The notes under the pieces were generated by a model. It was given only the letters and a program-made list of their open reading frames with translations, made no database searches and was not told where the DNA came from. A stretch of DNA of 64,000 bases from Actinomycetota bacterium (lineage in GTDB: Bacteria > Actinomycetota > Acidimicrobiia > Spongiisociales > UBA5794), in NCBI GenBank assembly GCA_030123765.1, contig JASJXX010000003.1, positions 10,795-74,794 on the forward strand, written 5' to 3'. Below, one piece after another: positions 29,267 through 38,950 of the stretch (the first letter of the stretch is position 1; each line of letters starts with the position of its first letter). The position numbers were made by a program, and so were the translations under genes.

Positions 29267-30025
29267 TCACACTCCCAGAAATGTCTCCAGCCCGACCGCC
29301 AGAGTCGCCTTCTGGGAGGGGATCGACCTGATGGCGAGGAGCACTCCGGGCATGAATGCTGAACGGTCAGAGGTGTCGTGCGTGATGGAGAGCCGCTCTC
29401 CTTCCCCTCCAAAAATCACGGTTTGATGTGCCACAGCTCCGGGGATCCTGATTGCATGTACTCGTACATTGCTGATCTCAGCCCCGAGCGCCCCGGCGTG
29501 CAGCTCCTCCGTGTCCACTCTGCGACCTTGGCGCGGAGCGAGCGCTCCGATGCGCTGCGCGGTCGCGATTGCTGTCCCTGACGGCGCGTCGGCCTTCTCG
29601 TCGTGGTGCATCTCGATCACTTCTGCAACGGCGAAGTGGGGAGCGGCGATCTCGGCCATCTTCATCATGAGGACTGCGCCGATGGAGAAGTTCGGGACGA
29701 CGATGCAATTCCCCGGGCCGTTCGCCCACAGTTCCTCAAGTTCAGATACACGCTGGGCATCGAAGCCTGAGGTGCCGACGACGACGTTCGCTCCGAAGGA
29801 GCGCCAGACAGCCAGATTCTCCATGATGACATCTGGCCTCGAGAACTCGACGATGATGTCACAGCCATCGAGCACGTCGCGATCCGCATCGATCGTCAGT
29901 CCCGCGATGCTGCCGATCGTGAAAGGGTCGTACAGCGCAATGAGGTGAAGTCCCTCGGCCGCGTCAATCGTCACAGCAGCAAGGCTCCCCATCCTGCCCG
30001 ACGCCCCGGATACGCCTACCTTCAT
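29267..30025 (-). CDS. dapB: 4-hydroxy-tetrahydrodipicolinate reductase
   Basis: MKVGVSGASGRMG NAD-binding N-terminus. Confidence 0.9.
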   Translation of the reverse strand: MKVGVSGASGRMGSLAAVTIDAAEGLHLIALYDPFTIGSIAGLTIDADRDVLDGCDIIVEFSRPDVIMENLAVWRSFGANVVVGTSGFDAQRVSELEELWANGPGNCIVVPNFSIGAVLMMKMAEIAAPHFAVAEVIEMHHDEKADAPSGTAIATAQRIGALAPRQGRRVDTEELHAGALGAEISNVRVHAIRIPGAVAHQTVIFGGEGERLSITHDTSDRSAFMPGVLLAIRSIPSQKATLAVGLETFLGV

Positions 30026-31269
30026 CGGATGTACTCCTCGAGGTCTTCGCTGTCGAACGGCCCAACCGCGCCGATCACGTGAGGACCATCGTAAGCCGCA
30101 CCTGCGACACTGATTATCTCTTCGTGGGTGACCGCGGTGATCGCTGCCACAATCTCGTCGACCGTGCGATGCTCTTGTCCGACGATCTCCGTTCGTCCGA
30201 TGAGGTTCATCCTGCTGTTGGCGTCTTCAAGACTTATGGCGAGCGACCCCTTGACGTGGCCTTTTGCCCGGTCAAGTTCTTCCTCGGTCACTCCCTGCTC
30301 AGTGATGAGCCCGAGCTGGTCTCTCACTATTTTCAGCACCTCATCTGCCTGGCGTGGTGTGGTGCCGACGTAGGTGACCGAGGCACCGGCGTCTTCGAAC
30401 GGCATCCGGAAGGTGTGTACGGCGTATGCAAGGCCGCGGGTCTCCCGGATCTCCTGGAAGAGCCGGGACGACATGCCGCCGCCGAGGATGTGATCGACGA
30501 GAGAGAGGGCGAATCGCCGCTCGTCGTTCCGCGTGATCGACGGCGATCCGATCACGAGATGCGCCTGTTCGGTGTCGCGCCTTGTGACCCGGACGTTCGA
30601 TGTGATGTGCGGCGTGCGCAGCGTTCTCTCGACGGGCTCCCCGTTCCAGGCGCCGAAGGCTTCCTCGACGAGTTCCACCAAGTTGTCCGGCAGGTTGCCC
30701 GCGACGGCGACGACGACCGAGTGTGGCGTGTAACGCCTCGCCCAGTAGTCGTGGATCGTCTGTCGGCTCATCTGCGAGATCGATGTCCGAGTTCCGAGCA
30801 CGGCCGGAGCAAGGGCATGGCCACCCCAGATGGCGTGGATGAATTCTTCGTGCGCGACATCCGTCGGATCGTCATCATTCATGTTGATCTCTTCGAGCAC
30901 GACGTTGCGCTCCGAATCAATTTCGTGCTGACGGAACGCCGGGCGCAGAAGCATCTCAGCCAGGATCTCGATCCCGACGGGGAGATCCTCGTCTCGCATC
31001 CGGGTCCAGAAGCAGGTGTACTCCTTAGATGTGAAGGCGTTGTGCCTCGCGCCGAGCCTGTCGAAAGTATCCGAGATGCTCCGAGCCGACCATCGGTCGG
31101 ACCCCTTGAACAGGAGATGCTCAAGGAAGTGTGAGGCGCCGGCCTCCTCGGGGGTCTCGTCCCGGCTACCTGTGTCGACCCAGCAACCGATCGCTACCGA
31201 GCGGGTGAGGGGCATGTGGTGCGTGATCAGCCTGAGGCCGTTGGGGAGAGTGGTGAGTTTGTGTTCCAT
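30022..31269 (-). CDS. M16-family zinc peptidase (PepR-like)
   Basis: HFLEHLLFKG inverted zinc-binding motif. ATG at 31269 (MEHKLTTLPNG). The 97-aa upstream ORF-track extension is rejected. Confidence 0.85.
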   Translation of the reverse strand: MEHKLTTLPNGLRLITHHMPLTRSVAIGCWVDTGSRDETPEEAGASHFLEHLLFKGSDRWSARSISDTFDRLGARHNAFTSKEYTCFWTRMRDEDLPVGIEILAEMLLRPAFRQHEIDSERNVVLEEINMNDDDPTDVAHEEFIHAIWGGHALAPAVLGTRTSISQMSRQTIHDYWARRYTPHSVVVAVAGNLPDNLVELVEEAFGAWNGEPVERTLRTPHITSNVRVTRRDTEQAHLVIGSPSITRNDERRFALSLVDHILGGGMSSRLFQEIRETRGLAYAVHTFRMPFEDAGASVTYVGTTPRQADEVLKIVRDQLGLITEQGVTEEELDRAKGHVKGSLAISLEDANSRMNLIGRTEIVGQEHRTVDEIVAAITAVTHEEIISVAGAAYDGPHVIGAVGPFDSEDLEEYIR

Positions 31270-31348
31270 CGTCGACCGATGATAGGAACCCTTCACAGCG
31301 AGACAACCGAGCCACTTCGCGTATCGCTGTGACGTCCCACGAGGCGGC

Positions 31349-31771
31349 TCACTCGTCGGCCGTCGGAGCCTTGCGCCGCATCTTCTTCTCACCGCGCTCT
31401 CGCTTGGCGTCGAGTCTCCTCTTTCGTGCTGCCCCTGACGGTCTCGTAGGACGCCTCGCGGGAGGGTCGGGCCGGGCTGCCTCCTCGAGTATCGCGTGGA
31501 GCCTGCGAACCGCTCGTTTGCGATTCGTCGCCTGCGAACGCGATCTGTCCTCGCTGACACGTACCTCGCTTCCGAGCTTCGCGATGAGCCGCGCCTTCGT
31601 TAGCTTGCTGAACGCACGAGAGCGCTGGATGTCCAACCTGAGTTCGGCGCGAGTCGAACTCCGATTGGCGTGCTGTCCACCGGGACCTCCCGACGGGTCG
31701 AAGCGCCATCGCAATTCGTTCTCCGGAATGTCGAAACGCATGGTGAGCCGATTCTGAGGGAACGGAATCAT
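31349..31771 (-). CDS. arfB: Peptidyl-tRNA hydrolase ArfB (alternative ribosome-rescue factor B)
   Basis: SGGPGGQHANRSSTRAEL GGQ motif; basic C-terminal tail. Confidence 0.8.
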   Translation of the reverse strand: MIPFPQNRLTMRFDIPENELRWRFDPSGGPGGQHANRSSTRAELRLDIQRSRAFSKLTKARLIAKLGSEVRVSEDRSRSQATNRKRAVRRLHAILEEAARPDPPARRPTRPSGAARKRRLDAKRERGEKKMRRKAPTADE

Positions 31772-31787
31772 CTTACAATTCGCCGTT

Positions 31788-34001
31788 ATGCGCGCCCGTG
31801 ACCAATCTGTCCTCAATGAGATCCTTCCGCCGGAGGAGCGGGCGATCGAGGCTGTCGTGGCGCGTTATCAGCGAGTCGCCCCGGCGGTGACACGGTTCGC
31901 CCGCTCACTCTCTGGCAACGATGATCTTCAGGTGCGCCTCGGCACACGGGCAGCATCCACCCCAAACACGATCATCCTTGATCCTGGCGTGTTCCAGACC
32001 GCGTACGCCCGTTCTGCGCCCGTGACTCCCTCTGAGGTCGCTCTCACCTCGGCGCTGCATGAAGTGATCCACCTCCTCTCAACAGATCTCGATGAGGAGC
32101 GGCCCATCCCCGACGAGTGGCGTGCATTCATGACCACTGACGAGGATGACGACGACGCCGAAGGCGACATGGTTCCCGTCGGCCTCTTCCACCTTGGCGA
32201 GATGGAGCCGGACCTCGTGCGATCAGATCTGACAGAGGACGACATCAACTTCGAGGGCGAGCAGGATGTCGACGCTGATGCTGTGTCGCTTCTCTCGGCG
32301 CTCAACGCGATCGGTGGCCCCGCTGCCGAGGCGCTCTTCCTATCGATCGAGGATGCCCGCCAGGAACGCATCAACTTCGGCGCTTACCCTGGAGCGGGCT
32401 CGGTACTCCGAGACCTCTACCGCGCCTCCGTCGGCCACGCTATGTCGCGCGCGAGGCCCCTTGGCCAGTTCGCACTCGCCTGTTTCATGATCGTTGGAGG
32501 GCACGAAGCACGAAACCAGATCCAGAGAAGGCTCACTCCTCACGTGGCTCTCGCCATCGATGACGCCATGGCGTTCCTCGAACCGGTTCTCGACTTCGAT
32601 GATCCCTGGTCGGTCGGAACGGTCGCCCTCCAACTCCTGTCGGTCGCGAAGATGCACAACCTCGTGCTCGAGGGTGCTGCGTCGTCTACCCAGCGGGGCT
32701 ACAAGGCCGAGAGAGAAGCGGACGAGGCCTCGATCGTCGACACGATCGACGCCGTACGCCTCGTCACTCCTGTGCTGGCCAACCGCGAGTCCTATGAACA
32801 GACGCGGAGCGCAGCCCAATCCGTGGCGGCGCAGGAAGGCAGGATGGGGGACGTCGAGACGGCAGGCGACCCCGCGGCCGACCAACTCATGAAGGTCTCG
32901 ATGGCACCGACTGTGTACCTGCCAACCGGTCAGGGAGGCAAGCTCATCGTCACGCGATTCCCCACAAGGTTTGCCGATTGGGCCTCCCAGGGCAGGGAGT
33001 TGCTGAACAAGGCATCCGGCGAGTGGGGTGTTGCTCAGCACCGGGTGTCTGGCGAGCTCTACCCGCTCTTCCTCGCGAACCAGCGGAGAGGGCTCCGTTC
33101 CGGGTTCGACGCCGGCGACCTCTCCCCGTACACGCCGCTCCTGCTCGGCGCGGGCCTCTACGAGCGCATGTTCGAGAGGCGCGACCTTCCCAACCGTCGC
33201 TCCTACGCCCTGAGTCTGCTCGTCGACGGCTCCGCGTCAATGCTCCAGCCCAGAGCAACCGGTTCGCGTAAGTCGCCGTGGGCGATGGCCGCCGCACTCC
33301 TCGGAGCATGGACTCTTGCACAACTCGCGGACGAACTGCAGATTGACTTTGAACTCGCGATATTCAACCGCTCGTTCGCCACTGACAGCGATGACAGCGA
33401 ATTCTCGTATCGTGACAAGCAGGCGAAAGCGACCGCTGGCCTCCGTCAGGCACAAGGGGGGAACGCCGAACGGCTCACCCGCACCGTGAACCACTATCTC
33501 ATCAAAGGGTTCGACGACAGGTGGCGAGCATCCCATGAGGTGCTCGCGGGCCTGTTCTACGCCGTAGCAGCCCCTCGAGAAGCCAACCTCGAGGCAAGGC
33601 GCTCACCCCGTGACTCACCCCCCGTCTCGATGTTCGAGAAGGCTGCGAATGTGGATGAATTCAACCTCGCCTACGCCGCGGAGCGTCTCGCCGCCCAGCA
33701 CGCAACCCATCGCATCCTCGTCGTACTCGCGGACGGCATGACACGAGGCTCTGTTCAGACCCTCGCAGAGACCGTGTCCAACATCGAACGCTCCGGCGCA
33801 ACGGTCCTCGGAATCGGGATCGGGGACGACACGGTCCGTGCGGCGTACTCACGAGCACAGGTCGTCGAACAACCGTCCGACCTCGCTGCGGCGATGGTCG
33901 AGGGCGTACGTTCGACACTGGTCCGATCAATCACCGCATCGCGAGCCGACTCATGGTGGGTCAGCGCCGGCGAACACCTTCTACACAACGTCACCAACTA
34001 G
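31788..34001 (+). CDS. CobT-like protein: N-terminal domain carrying an HExxH motif, acidic linker, C-terminal vWA domain
   Basis: ALHEVIHLL; D/E-rich stretch TDEDDDDAEGD; vWA MIDAS LLVDGSASM ... ILVVLADGMTRGS. 737 aa. Confidence 0.65.
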   Translation: MRARDQSVLNEILPPEERAIEAVVARYQRVAPAVTRFARSLSGNDDLQVRLGTRAASTPNTIILDPGVFQTAYARSAPVTPSEVALTSALHEVIHLLSTDLDEERPIPDEWRAFMTTDEDDDDAEGDMVPVGLFHLGEMEPDLVRSDLTEDDINFEGEQDVDADAVSLLSALNAIGGPAAEALFLSIEDARQERINFGAYPGAGSVLRDLYRASVGHAMSRARPLGQFALACFMIVGGHEARNQIQRRLTPHVALAIDDAMAFLEPVLDFDDPWSVGTVALQLLSVAKMHNLVLEGAASSTQRGYKAEREADEASIVDTIDAVRLVTPVLANRESYEQTRSAAQSVAAQEGRMGDVETAGDPAADQLMKVSMAPTVYLPTGQGGKLIVTRFPTRFADWASQGRELLNKASGEWGVAQHRVSGELYPLFLANQRRGLRSGFDAGDLSPYTPLLLGAGLYERMFERRDLPNRRSYALSLLVDGSASMLQPRATGSRKSPWAMAAALLGAWTLAQLADELQIDFELAIFNRSFATDSDDSEFSYRDKQAKATAGLRQAQGGNAERLTRTVNHYLIKGFDDRWRASHEVLAGLFYAVAAPREANLEARRSPRDSPPVSMFEKAANVDEFNLAYAAERLAAQHATHRILVVLADGMTRGSVQTLAETVSNIERSGATVLGIGIGDDTVRAAYSRAQVVEQPSDLAAAMVEGVRSTLVRSITASRADSWWVSAGEHLLHNVTN

Positions 34002-34009
34002 GAGAGCCC

Positions 34010-35002
34010 ATGGCTGCAACCGCCACCTTCAAGGACCCCACCGGACCGGGAGCTGACGTCACGCTCCCGCTCACCCATGTCCCGGTGGACCTTCCCGACC
34101 ATGACAGCCGCGTGGAGCACATCCCCACGCCGGATCCGTACTACGTCGACCTCGGCATGCAGTACAAACTCGCGAGGCTCGAAGAAGTGCGGAGGTCGTA
34201 CTTCGCTGAATCCCCCCTGCACCTCGCTCTGCGCGGTCACATGGGGACAGGGAAGGACCACGATCTCGAGCAGTTTGCGGCCAAGTTGCGGACCCCTTAC
34301 TACCGCATTCCCCTCACGGGCGAGGTTCGCGACATCACGCTCATCGGGTCGGTGAAACTGCACGGTGACGGCAAGGGGGGCACGGAGAGCAAGTGGGAGG
34401 ATGGCGACATCACACGAGCACTCCGCGGTCCGTCGCTCATCAATCTGTCGGAGCTCAACGCCGCAGGCGCCGAGACGCTCTTCGCCCTGCACGGCCTCCT
34501 GGACCGTCACCAAGCCCTTGAGCTGCCGACCGGTGAGATGGTCCGCCTCCGCAGTGACGTCCGCATCTTCGGAACGTTCAACCCGACAGACCTTCGAGAC
34601 TACGCCGGCACACAGACACTCAACAAAGCGTTCGCCGATCGTTGGATCTTCTGGGAGAAGACATTCCCTGGTTCGGATGAGCTCCAGACCATGCTCGAAC
34701 GGAGACACCCGGGACTTGACGCGGAGATGCGGGACCTGCTCGCGAAGCTCGCCATCGAGATCAACATCTCCTTCACCACCAGGGATGCAGGGACACGCGT
34801 CGAGACACCCATGTCGCTGCGGGCCGTGCTCGACCGCTACCCCGCCGGCTTGCGCATGTTCGCCGATGCAGAGGACCCGATGCGTTCTGCGTGGCAGGAA
34901 TTCGTACTCCCCCACATCGATCCGTACGACGTTGACCACTACGAAACAGTGTGGTCAGCCGTCGTCAGGACAGGACCGGCACGTCGTCCGTTCTCCGACT
35001 GA
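34010..35002 (+). CDS. CobS-like AAA_5 (MoxR-class) ATPase with non-canonical Walker residues
   Basis: ATG at 34010 with a GGAGAG RBS. P-loop GHMGTGKD; VRIFGTFNP sensor; GTQTLNKAFADRW. Resembles CobS along its whole length. Confidence 0.65.
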   Translation: MAATATFKDPTGPGADVTLPLTHVPVDLPDHDSRVEHIPTPDPYYVDLGMQYKLARLEEVRRSYFAESPLHLALRGHMGTGKDHDLEQFAAKLRTPYYRIPLTGEVRDITLIGSVKLHGDGKGGTESKWEDGDITRALRGPSLINLSELNAAGAETLFALHGLLDRHQALELPTGEMVRLRSDVRIFGTFNPTDLRDYAGTQTLNKAFADRWIFWEKTFPGSDELQTMLERRHPGLDAEMRDLLAKLAIEINISFTTRDAGTRVETPMSLRAVLDRYPAGLRMFADAEDPMRSAWQEFVLPHIDPYDVDHYETVWSAVVRTGPARRPFSD

Positions 35003-35014
35003 ACCAATGACGCC

Positions 35015-35113
35015 ATGGCTTCATTCGATATCGTCTCCCCGGTAGATATGCAAAAGGTTCGCAACGCGGTCGACCAGGCGTCTCGCGAGATCGTGAGCCG
35101 TCGCGACTTCTGA
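35015..35113 (+). pseudogene. Diverged N-terminal relic (32 codons) of a yajQ-family gene, 475 bp upstream of the intact yajQ
   Basis: [32 protein letters not shown] compared with the yajQ N-terminus MPSFDIVSQVDMQEVRNAVDQSMREVTTRYDF. About 80 % nt identity over roughly 96 nt. Confidence 0.6.
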
Positions 35114-35236
35114 GTTATGGTGAAGAGTGGACGGTCGCATTGGTGAACCTCGGGGTGCTTATCGTCAGTGACAGGGCAGCAACCGGAGGATAGATGGAAC
35201 CGTATAACCCCGTACATCTCAAACGAAGAGGGCGAC

Positions 35237-35413
35237 ATGAGCATCACATGGGATGAGAGAGACCAGCTACTCACCGAGGTTGTCATGGGCACGCCGAGGA
35301 GCAAGTCGAAAGTCCCTCCTTCCGAAGAGGTCGACGCCCTACGTCGTGAGCTTGTCCGCGAGGTCCGCGAGATGAAAGCCGATGGCATCATGCCCGAACC
35401 TCTCAAAGACTGA
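35237..35413 (+). CDS. Small hypothetical protein (58 aa, charged, helical); possibly real
   Basis: MSITWDERDQLLTEVVMGTPRSKSKVPPSEEVDALRRELVREVREMKADGIMPEPLKD. GAAGAGGG precedes the ATG. GC3 is consistent with the genome. Confidence 0.35.
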   Translation: MSITWDERDQLLTEVVMGTPRSKSKVPPSEEVDALRRELVREVREMKADGIMPEPLKD

Positions 35414-35490
35414 GGACCTCGGCCACCGGGAGGCGAACGAGAACGGAAGGGTAGGGGAGTAGACGCTCCGCCCATCGGTAGGATGTGCTC

Positions 35491-35976
35491 ATGCCATCAT
35501 TCGATATCGTCTCCCAGGTCGACATGCAAGAGGTTCGCAACGCGGTCGACCAGTCCATGCGCGAGGTCACAACTCGCTACGACTTCAAGGGAACGGATTC
35601 AAGCGTCCGGCTCTCCGACGACGGCATCACGGTTGAGTCAGAATCCGAGGGTCGACTCGACGCCGCGGTTGACGTGCTCAAGGGCAAGCTCATCCGGCGG
35701 AACGTCAGCCTCAAGTCGATAGCTGGGGGAGAGCCGAAGCAGATTGGTGGCGGACGCTACAAGGCAATCTTCACACTCAACGAGGGCATCGCACAGGACG
35801 CTGCCAAAGAACTCGTGAAGGACATCAAGGACATGAAGCTCAAAGTCCAGGTGGCGATCCAGGGAGACCAGCTCCGCGTGTCAGGCAAGAAACGGGATGA
35901 CCTCCAGAACGTGATCGCCAGGGTACGCGAGTTCAATTTCCGCCTCCCTCTCCAGTACATCAACTTCCGCGACTGA
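35491..35976 (+). CDS. yajQ: YajQ-family (UPF0234) nucleotide/c-di-GMP-binding protein
   Basis: MPSFDIVSQVDMQEVRNAVDQ... Confidence 0.85.
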   Translation: MPSFDIVSQVDMQEVRNAVDQSMREVTTRYDFKGTDSSVRLSDDGITVESESEGRLDAAVDVLKGKLIRRNVSLKSIAGGEPKQIGGGRYKAIFTLNEGIAQDAAKELVKDIKDMKLKVQVAIQGDQLRVSGKKRDDLQNVIARVREFNFRLPLQYINFRD

Positions 35977-35981
35977 GTCCT

Positions 35982-37022
35982 ATGGCCTACCGCATCAACA
36001 ACGCCGAGATCGATCAACAGATAGACCGTCTCGTGGCCGGAGTCGTCGCAACGGCCGACGGGTACGTGGACGACACGGATCTCGTGCGCGAGATCATCGT
36101 TACCGCGCTCAAGCTCATCAAGGACAAGACCACCCGCGCTGACGTCAAGATGATGAATACGGCCCTCAAGGAACTCAGGTACTCCTCTCTGGTCGTCAGC
36201 CCTTTCCAGGACAGCAGCCGTGTCGCGGTCTACGGATCGGCGCGCACCGACCCGAAGGACCCGAACTACACGATGGCCGAGCTGTTCTCGCGCAGGATGG
36301 CCCTTGATCACGGCTGGATGGTGATAACCGGGGCGGGCCCCGGCATTATGGAAGCAGCGAACAAGGGGGCTGGCGCAGACGCGAGTTTCGGGTTCAACAT
36401 CCGCCTGCCATTCGAGAACGGTGCGAACGAGTACCTCTCTCCCGGCAAGGTGATCAACTTCAAATACTTCTTCACTCGCAAGGTGCAGTTCGTCAAGGAG
36501 TCCAGCGCGTTCGCCCTCTTCCCCGGTGGCTTCGGCACGCTCGACGAAGCCTTCGAACTGCTCACTCTCATTCAGACCGGCAAATCTGACCTGCACCCGA
36601 TCGTGATGATCGAGAATGAGGGAACGGGATACTGGGGCGCGTGGGAGGCTCTGTGTGACGCTCTCGTCACCCAGGGGATGATCTCGGCCTCCGACCGGAA
36701 TCTGTACATGGTCACAACCGATCTCGACGAGGCGATCGAGGAGATCATGCACTTCTACCGCGTGTACCACTCACAACGCTTCGTCGACGGCATCCTCATA
36801 CTGCGCCTCCACAGGGAAGTCTCCGAGCAACTGCTCGCGGATCTGTCGACCGAGTTCTCCGACATTATCCGAACGGGGAGCATCGACAAGATCCCCGCCA
36901 CCCAGGACGAGGTTGACACCGATGACTACGTCGACCTACCGAGAATCTCCTTTGACTTCGATCTCCGCAGCTACGGCAGGCTCAGAGTCCTGATCAACCG
37001 TCTGAACGACTCCGCGAAGTAA
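35982..37022 (+). CDS. LOG-family nucleotide 5'-monophosphate nucleosidase, long form (PpnN-like)
   Basis: PGGFGTLDEAFE LOG motif with N- and C-terminal extensions. 346 aa. Confidence 0.7.
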   Translation: MAYRINNAEIDQQIDRLVAGVVATADGYVDDTDLVREIIVTALKLIKDKTTRADVKMMNTALKELRYSSLVVSPFQDSSRVAVYGSARTDPKDPNYTMAELFSRRMALDHGWMVITGAGPGIMEAANKGAGADASFGFNIRLPFENGANEYLSPGKVINFKYFFTRKVQFVKESSAFALFPGGFGTLDEAFELLTLIQTGKSDLHPIVMIENEGTGYWGAWEALCDALVTQGMISASDRNLYMVTTDLDEAIEEIMHFYRVYHSQRFVDGILILRLHREVSEQLLADLSTEFSDIIRTGSIDKIPATQDEVDTDDYVDLPRISFDFDLRSYGRLRVLINRLNDSAK

Positions 37023-37067
37023 CCGGTCAGAATCCGGGAGCAACCCGATTTACGGTAGAATTGGGGG

Positions 37068-37862
37068 ATGCGCGAGATTCTCTCCGACCTGGTAGCGGAA
37101 CAACAGCACCTTGACCAGTTCTTGCAGACTCTGCGAGACCGGCAGTGGCCGACGCCGACACCCGCAGCAGGCTGGACGATTCAGGACACCGTGAGTCACC
37201 TCGCATACGTTGAGTCTTTCGCCGCAGAGGTCCTCGCCGAAGGGCAGGAGCGGATCGACGCTGAGAATATCACGGACCTCGACGCGTGGACCGCAATCGG
37301 AGTCCGTCAAGGTAGAGGGCGTCGCCATCAGGAAATCATCGAGTGGTGGAGGTTCGGCAGGGCAGATGTTGTCGAGGCGCTCTCAAGGATCCTGCCCTCT
37401 GATCGGATCCCCTGGCTCGTCGGAGACATGAGCGCCCGCAGTTTCGCGACGATTCGCCTGATGGAGACTTGGGCGCACGGTCTTGACGTCAAGGCCGCCA
37501 TCCTGGGCCGTAATGCCCCGCTTGACGAGCCGCCGGAAGGCCTCGGTGAAGACGAGGTGTGGATCGATCCTCTCGCGGACACGACGAGGCTTCGCCACAT
37601 CGCGTCGCTCGGCCAACGCTCGCTGCCGTTCGCGTTCGAACAGGCTGGCGAGGAGTTCCCGGAGCGAGGGATTCGGGTCGAAGTCATGGGACCTCTCTAC
37701 GCCGCGTGGAGATTCGGCCCTGAGGACACGGATCAGGTGGTCAAGGGGATGGCGGGCGACTGGTGCCGCGTCGTCGTGCAGCGCCAGGACGCTTCAGACA
37801 CGGGTCTCAGAGCGGTTGGCGACTACGCCGAGATGGCACTCAAAATCGCCCGGACATACTGA
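37068..37862 (+). CDS. TIGR03083-family (mycothiol-dependent maleylpyruvate isomerase N-terminal-like / DinB_2) protein
   Basis: WTIQDTVSHLAYVESF... Confidence 0.65.
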   Translation: MREILSDLVAEQQHLDQFLQTLRDRQWPTPTPAAGWTIQDTVSHLAYVESFAAEVLAEGQERIDAENITDLDAWTAIGVRQGRGRRHQEIIEWWRFGRADVVEALSRILPSDRIPWLVGDMSARSFATIRLMETWAHGLDVKAAILGRNAPLDEPPEGLGEDEVWIDPLADTTRLRHIASLGQRSLPFAFEQAGEEFPERGIRVEVMGPLYAAWRFGPEDTDQVVKGMAGDWCRVVVQRQDASDTGLRAVGDYAEMALKIARTY

Positions 37863-37864
37863 CG

Positions 37865-38631
37865 TGACCATCCCTCGCCTTGTGGGGATGGTACACCTCC
37901 GTCCCCTCCCCGGATCCCCGAACTTCGACGGCGACTTCGACTCCGTCATCGCCGCAGCGACCACTGACGCCGAACTTCTCGCTGAAGCTGGCTTCCAGGG
38001 AATCATGGTCGAGAACTTTGGTGACGCCCCCTTCCACGCTTCGGACGCTCCAAAAGTCACCATCGCGTCTCTCACTACCGCAGTCAACGCGGTGTACGAC
38101 GCTTCACGCCTACCCGTAGGAGTCAACGTCCTGAGAAACGACGGGATCGGCGCCCTCTCGGTGGCAGCCGCGACACCAGCCTCGTTCATCCGGGTCAACG
38201 TCCTCTCGGGAACCATGTACACGGATCAGGGGCCGATCGTTGGAGAGGCTGCTGAGATCGCGCGGTTACGTTCTCAGATATGTCCGAACGTCGCGATCCT
38301 GGCAGATGTCTTCGTGAAGCATGCAACGCCACCACCAGGCCTCACACTCACGGATGCGACAAATGACCTCATCGAGCGTGCCGGCGCTGACGCGGTGGTC
38401 GTCTCCGGCGTAGGAACGGGATCTCCCGCTGACCTCGAACAGCTCGCGTCTGTTGCAGCACTCAGCCATCTCCCTGTGTTTGTGGGGTCAGGCGTCACGA
38501 GAGCGAACGTCAACGCGATGCTTGGAATCGCCGACGGGGCGATCGTCGGCACGGCGATCAAGGTCGGCGGTGTGTCGACGGGCCCTGTCGACCTCGCCGC
38601 TGCGACAGCTTTCATCCAAGCGGCCCTGTAG
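37865..38631 (+). CDS. BtpA/SgcQ-family protein
   Basis: GTG start; GMVHLRPLPGSP family N-terminus. Confidence 0.7.
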
Positions 38632-38810
38632 CCCATAGGTCTCCCCCAAGACAGAGAGCAGACAGTCAGGCCCGGTCGGAGAGAAACGACGGGATCGTTC
38701 GACCCGTCGATCACTCGCGCAGCCCCAAGGCCACCTGGCGACATGTGTCGCTCCTCCTCCGTCGCCGCGGTGACCCGTGTCTTACCCATGAATCGCTGTG
38801 TAAGTCGATT

Positions 38811-38840
38811 TTGTCATTCAACTCACCCTCGATCTACAGT
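38811..38840 (+). promoter_or_regulatory. Sigma-70-like promoter candidate for the coiled-coil / DUF4032 operon
   Basis: TTGTCA, an 18-nt spacer, then TACAGT, in an AT-richer patch. Confidence 0.4.
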
Positions 38841-38879
38841 AGAGGGTTGCCCTCGTAACCCGTGCCACGAAAGAGATTC

Positions 38880-38910
38880 CGTCTCCCTCGACCAATGGTC
38901 GAGGGAGACG
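38880..38910. promoter_or_regulatory. Perfect 14-bp inverted repeat (operator or RNA hairpin) just downstream of the candidate promoter and 41 nt before the ORF
   Basis: CGTCTCCCTCGACC-aat-GGTCGAGGGAGACG; additional CCCTCG copies lie nearby. Confidence 0.5.
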
Positions 38911-38950
38911 CGCCGAGAGACGTGTCCCCGCCAGGCTGTAGCCTGCGCAC

